Origin: an uncultured virus (IMG/VR IMGVR_UViG_3300025653_003319)
Lineage: Duplodnaviria; Heunggongvirae; Uroviricota; Caudoviricetes
IMG/VR virus record: IMGVR_UViG_3300025653_003319
Strand: one strand, 5' to 3'
Length of the DNA stretch: 20,000 nucleotides
Made by a program: the position numbers and the translations under genes. This document shows positions 16,146-20,000 of this stretch, piece by piece. Each line of letters begins with the position of its first letter. Position 1 is the first letter of the stretch. The notes beneath the pieces are model-generated. The model was not told the DNA's origin. It searched no databases and saw only the letters and a list, made by a program, of their open reading frames with translations.

Positions 16146-16151
16146 AAAAAA
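16094..16151 (-). other. Programmed -1 ribosomal frameshift signal
   Basis: In-frame heptamer T TTT TTC (16151-16145), spacer TTAAA, then stem TTCCTAGGTGG/CTATCTAGGAA (11 bp with 2 G-U) capped by inner hairpin CCCTGA-GCAAA-TCAGGG. Confidence 0.75.
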
Positions 16152-16978
16152 CCTACTGGATCGTAGTTTATAGGTGTAGTGTAAACATGTTCACACTCAC
16201 CGCATTGCATTTCTACTTCTTTTTGGATGCCACCATTGTTAATGCTAGAAACTGCATCATTTAATTCTATGCCAATTGCTTTTTCTACATTATCTAAAAA
16301 GTCTGCAATTTGTTTTACATCGTCAACAACAAGTTCTGTATCTGGTATTGTGATACTTACTATAGAATTAAGAATAACTTCGTAGTTCATTGTGCTAAGT
16401 TTTTCCAGTGCATCACCTAATGCTTTTAATTGTTCGTCACTGTTATTTACATCTATATTTTGAAACTGTCTATTTTGTTCTATAACTGCCTTGGCACCTT
16501 GTATGGTGTGCATGTAATTTGTAGGCGATATTAATACTTTTAAACCGTTTGATAACACAACTTCTTTGAGTGCTTCGATCTCTTGTGATTCTGCTAATGC
16601 AACAGATAAGTCTAAATCGAATCTGTTTGGCTCATTGCATTCTGGACAGTTTCTATCAATTTCCATAAATTTAGTATCTGAACTTGCTTGTCTAATTGCA
16701 ATCAGCAATACTTCCATATCTGGAGCAAGTAGTAAAGCAGGATTTTTTACAGCAGGAACACAACTCTTAACAAGTTTTATAACTGCATCACCATTTAATA
16801 GTGCGTCTGGGTTTTTTGTAAGAATGTCATCTTTGGCTGTCATTGGGTAAACTGGTAGTTCACCAACTTCGGTCATTTCAACAACATCTTTGCTATAAAA
16901 ATCAGTACCACTTGGTAATGCTACATATAACTTGGGATTTCTGTAAAAATCTGCTAAAGGGTTAGTATTCTGTGTCAT
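16133..16978 (-). CDS. gp26: Baseplate hub assembly chaperone (T4 gp26-like)
   Basis: NPLADFYRNPKLYVALPSG, PVYPMTAKDDILTKNPDALLNG, DMEVLLIAIRQAS, two CxxC motifs (CPEC, CGEC) and C-terminal ...DPVGFF; RBS GGAGAG. Confidence 0.8.
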   Translation of the reverse strand: MTQNTNPLADFYRNPKLYVALPSGTDFYSKDVVEMTEVGELPVYPMTAKDDILTKNPDALLNGDAVIKLVKSCVPAVKNPALLLAPDMEVLLIAIRQASSDTKFMEIDRNCPECNEPNRFDLDLSVALAESQEIEALKEVVLSNGLKVLISPTNYMHTIQGAKAVIEQNRQFQNIDVNNSDEQLKALGDALEKLSTMNYEVILNSIVSITIPDTELVVDDVKQIADFLDNVEKAIGIELNDAVSSINNGGIQKEVEMQCGECEHVYTTPINYDPVGFFLNS

Positions 16979-17010
16979 ATTCTCTCCAATATGTGATGTT
17001 TTAATAAAAA

Positions 17011-17060
17011 CGATAAATATAACTATCGAAGCATCACTTTATTTGTAGTGTTATTTATCG
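17011..17060. promoter_or_regulatory. Pair of face-to-face late promoter motifs CGATAAATA (+ 17011-17019; - 17052-17060)
   Basis: Two identical 9-mers in opposite orientation in the 113-nt divergent intergenic region, each pointing to the distal gene. Confidence 0.65.
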
Positions 17061-17091
17061 ATTATAATATACTCAGTTTACAGGAATTGAA

Positions 17092-20000
17092 ATGACAGAC
17101 ATTGTAATAACTAATACCGAGGGTGTAACTAGCACTATTCAGAATCTTCCTGCATGGGCAACAGAAGCCACGCAGAAAAATATGCAAACCTTACTGAAAG
17201 GTTTAGGTACCAGTTCTCAAAAGATCGAGGCTATCATGCGATTACAATTAAAAGGTTATAAAGAGACTACTAAAAAAACTGCGGATGGTAATAAAGAAAT
17301 ACAGAAATTACTCAAAGTATTAGACAGCAATGATAAAAAAGAACAAAAAGAAGATAAAGCCGCTAACAAGGCCATGGAAAATGCTATCAAAGAACTCAAC
17401 AATCTCACTGAAGACAGTTTAACGCAATTAGGCAAGTTAGGTAGAAACACTAATGATCAATCAGACAATCTTAATAAAATTTTAAAGGATCTGAATAATT
17501 CTGGTGACGGTATTATGAGTTTTGCAAGTGTAGGCGGATTTGCATTGGGCGGATTTGCAAAAGCAGTTATGGGCGTTACCAAGATAATGGGTGCATTAGG
17601 TCTAGCAGTACTAGGAGCATTAAAGTATATAGGAAGTAGTTTTGTAGACACATTCAAAATACTTAATAATAGTTTAAGTCAAGGCACAGGAGGCATATTA
17701 GGTCTAACAACCAATATTGAAAATGTTGCAAGGTCGGCAAACCTGGCTGGTATGAGTTTAGATGAATTTGCCACATTTGCACAAGCAAACAGTAAAATTC
17801 TTAGGATACTAGGTGCTGAAAATTTTGCAAATTTATATAGTACTACACTTTTAACAACTAATGGATTACTTGCAATGGGCATGACAGCAGATGATTCGGT
17901 TGAAAGCATAATGACTGAATTAGAATATAGACGTAGATTTGGATTAGTGTTAAATCAAAATAGCGGAGAGTTACAAACAAGTTTATTGAGATCTGCCAGA
18001 GAACTAAGAATATTTGCTAATGCTGTGGGTATGTCAGAAGCAGATTTGCGAAACGAATCACAAATACGAGAAGATCACACCGATCTCATGCAGTCACAAG
18101 TAAAAACCATGGGCGGAAACACAATGGAACTTGCCAATAATGCTCAAACCATAAGCAGGACCTTAAGTGCAATAGGTGGACAAGGTCTTATAGATCCAAT
18201 ATTTGAGGCAATATCCAGAGGTGCTACTGGACTTTCAAGTGATTTTATCACTCTAGGTCAGAACATGCCTGAATTAATAAGCATGATAGAAAAAGAAGCG
18301 GCCAGGTTTGATAGAGGAGCAGGCACACTAAATGCAAACTTAGGCTTTGACTTAATACATTTGCTTAGAAATACCACACAACAACAAAGAGATTATATTG
18401 AGTCCATGCAAGAAGCAGGTATTGAAGGTGCGGCAGATTTACAAAACATGCTCAGAAAAGCACAGGCATTGTCCGAGGAAGCCATTCAGTCAATGAAAAA
18501 AGATTTAGATCCCCAAACGATGTCTGTATTAAACGTATTTAACAGGCTAGGGTTTGTGATCAACCAAGTAACTGCCACATTAGGAGATATTGGTAAAACG
18601 TTTGCCTTGGAATTTTTAGGTTTTGGTAAAACACTAGATGAAAACGGTAACGCAACCTATGATTTTACAAAAGGTGTCGAGTCAATGACTAAAAATATTA
18701 AAAAGTTTGCAACAAACGTATTTGGATATAATAGTCCAATAACAGATTCTTTTGATAGCCTTGCAAATTACATCGACAATATGTTCCTACCTCAAGGAGC
18801 AGATGAATCAGATGCAACGTATCAAGCCAGACTCGATGATGCACGAACTATGTTTGTATCAACTATCTCAAATTTTGCTCAAAACTTAGCAAGGGATCTG
18901 CAGGAACAAATCAAGCAAGGCACTTTATTTAGTTCTATAAAAGATTTCTTTATTACTTTCTTTGATGAGTTGCGAGTATCAATTTATAATGCAACAGGCG
19001 GAGTGTTATTTGGGGATGCAGTACACGAAATACAAGCAGGACGATTTATTAGTGGCAACATAGGTGCATCTGAATTTGGATTACATGCAGGTGATTTATC
19101 TGGAACTGAAAGAAAGAAAACTTCACAACTGCTATTTGGTGGTATAGTAGAAGAAGCAAAAAGACTTAACATCTCAGAAGACGATATTAACAAAATGATA
19201 CCTTTAAAAAGAGGTGTAGCATTCGGAGATCAAACGGCATTTAACCAAAAACGAGCAGTTAGTGCCATGGATAATGTCCAAGATGGATTTTCAGAAATCT
19301 TTGAATCTTATTTTGAAGGCTATGGTACTAATCTTAAAATGAAAGTAGGTGTAGATGAGGATCAAGCAGATAAAGTGTTAGCAGTACTACAAGAAAGAAT
19401 CAAACTTGTACAAGCATTCAACGATAGTTCTAAAGATACTGTATTTAATTTTATTGACAATGCAGAAAGATTAGGACTCAACTTTTCCCCAGGGCAGTTA
19501 AGTAGGATAAATTATACTTCTGATATGAATAATGTTCTAGAAGATATTAATAACGGTACACTAGTACTAAGTAATGACATTGACGAAGATAACACAGCAG
19601 AAGCAAATAGGATATTAAATAGATTACAGGGAATATATAATCCAACTTTAGGTCAAACAAATTTAAGAAGATCAAGTGGGTTTGACATGCAGGCCTATGC
19701 TCAAATGACTCTTGCAAAACTTGGTTATGACTCGGATTATAATAAAATGTCTGATCCGACTATGGCCGGTCTTTCTAGTTCAGTAGATGTTAGTAAATTT
19801 ATAACATCCTACAAAGATGCCATGGCAGATGGCGAAATGGATCACAAAGAAACAAAACAGTTAATTGCTACTCTTAATCAATTAAGCAGTAAAATTGACA
19901 CTAATGACAGCGATAGTCGACTTTTAATAACAGGAATTGAAAGCCTAATTAAGGCACAAGATGACCTTACCAATGAAATTAGAGCCGATAACGCATCATA
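17092..20000 (+). CDS. Tape-measure-like protein (at least 969 aa; not closed within the window)
   Basis: ATG at 17092 after AGGA; continuous frame (MTDIVITNTEGVTSTIQNLPAWATEATQK...) to the edge, ending ...ADNAS + TA (a stop may fall at 19999-20001). Helical, Ala/Gly/Leu-rich, with a hydrophobic segment (GGFALGGFAKAVMGVTKIMGALGLAVLGAL); adjacent to the tail chaperone gene. Absent from the ORF track. Confidence 0.7.
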   Translation, partial: MTDIVITNTEGVTSTIQNLPAWATEATQKNMQTLLKGLGTSSQKIEAIMRLQLKGYKETTKKTADGNKEIQKLLKVLDSNDKKEQKEDKAANKAMENAIKELNNLTEDSLTQLGKLGRNTNDQSDNLNKILKDLNNSGDGIMSFASVGGFALGGFAKAVMGVTKIMGALGLAVLGALKYIGSSFVDTFKILNNSLSQGTGGILGLTTNIENVARSANLAGMSLDEFATFAQANSKILRILGAENFANLYSTTLLTTNGLLAMGMTADDSVESIMTELEYRRRFGLVLNQNSGELQTSLLRSARELRIFANAVGMSEADLRNESQIREDHTDLMQSQVKTMGGNTMELANNAQTISRTLSAIGGQGLIDPIFEAISRGATGLSSDFITLGQNMPELISMIEKEAARFDRGAGTLNANLGFDLIHLLRNTTQQQRDYIESMQEAGIEGAADLQNMLRKAQALSEEAIQSMKKDLDPQTMSVLNVFNRLGFVINQVTATLGDIGKTFALEFLGFGKTLDENGNATYDFTKGVESMTKNIKKFATNVFGYNSPITDSFDSLANYIDNMFLPQGADESDATYQARLDDARTMFVSTISNFAQNLARDLQEQIKQGTLFSSIKDFFITFFDELRVSIYNATGGVLFGDAVHEIQAGRFISGNIGASEFGLHAGDLSGTERKKTSQLLFGGIVEEAKRLNISEDDINKMIPLKRGVAFGDQTAFNQKRAVSAMDNVQDGFSEIFESYFEGYGTNLKMKVGVDEDQADKVLAVLQERIKLVQAFNDSSKDTVFNFIDNAERLGLNFSPGQLSRINYTSDMNNVLEDINNGTLVLSNDIDEDNTAEANRILNRLQGIYNPTLGQTNLRRSSGFDMQAYAQMTLAKLGYDSDYNKMSDPTMAGLSSSVDVSKFITSYKDAMADGEMDHKETKQLIATLNQLSSKIDTNDSDSRLLITGIESLIKAQDDLTNEIRADNAS

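Noticed and set aside
16133..16151. Sequencing-error frameshift or pseudogene in the T6 run
   Set aside because: The 0-frame product ends near the FF motif expected for gp26-like proteins, and the correctly spaced stem-loop favours a programmed event; read-level confirmation is still advisable.
178..19193. Short antisense or alternate-frame ORFs in the track (e.g. 178-576, 4389-4625, 6521-7066, 12192-12437, 14960-15295, 16566-16850, 17256-17909, 18984-19193)
   Set aside because: They lie within or opposite well-supported genes, lack RBSs and show the Ser/Leu/Ile/Phe-rich composition typical of shadow frames.

Overview
AT-rich segment of a large T4-like (myovirus/jumbo-type) phage genome, probably infecting an aquatic Gram-negative host (host is an inference). 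Left to right: a partial gene at the left edge; an accessory pair of MTA/SAH nucleosidase and BtuB-like TonB-dependent receptor; two small hypotheticals; a minus-strand baseplate module (tube/gp48-54-like, gp53-like, gp27-like hub, gp5-like spike, degenerate GH24 lysozyme-like); a sigma70-driven operon (gp55 late sigma factor, gp47/gp46 Mre11/Rad50-like, GIY-YIG protein); a 2OG-Fe(II) oxygenase; a ~550-nt stem-rich intergenic region that looks like a large ncRNA followed by GAA-triloop hairpins; a shortened HsaA-like flavin monooxygenase; a gp26-like chaperone; and a divergent tape-measure-like ORF running off the right edge. Main findings: (1) a well-formed -1 ribosomal frameshift signal (T TTT TTC, 5-nt spacer, 11-bp stem-loop) joining the gp26-like gene to an uncalled 93-codon gp51-like extension; (2) the unassigned large structured RNA candidate near the GIY-YIG gene; (3) a phage-borne TonB receptor plus nucleosidase; (4) three TAAATA-N5-ATG sites suggesting leaderless late mRNAs. 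All family calls come from motif recognition by eye, not database searches.
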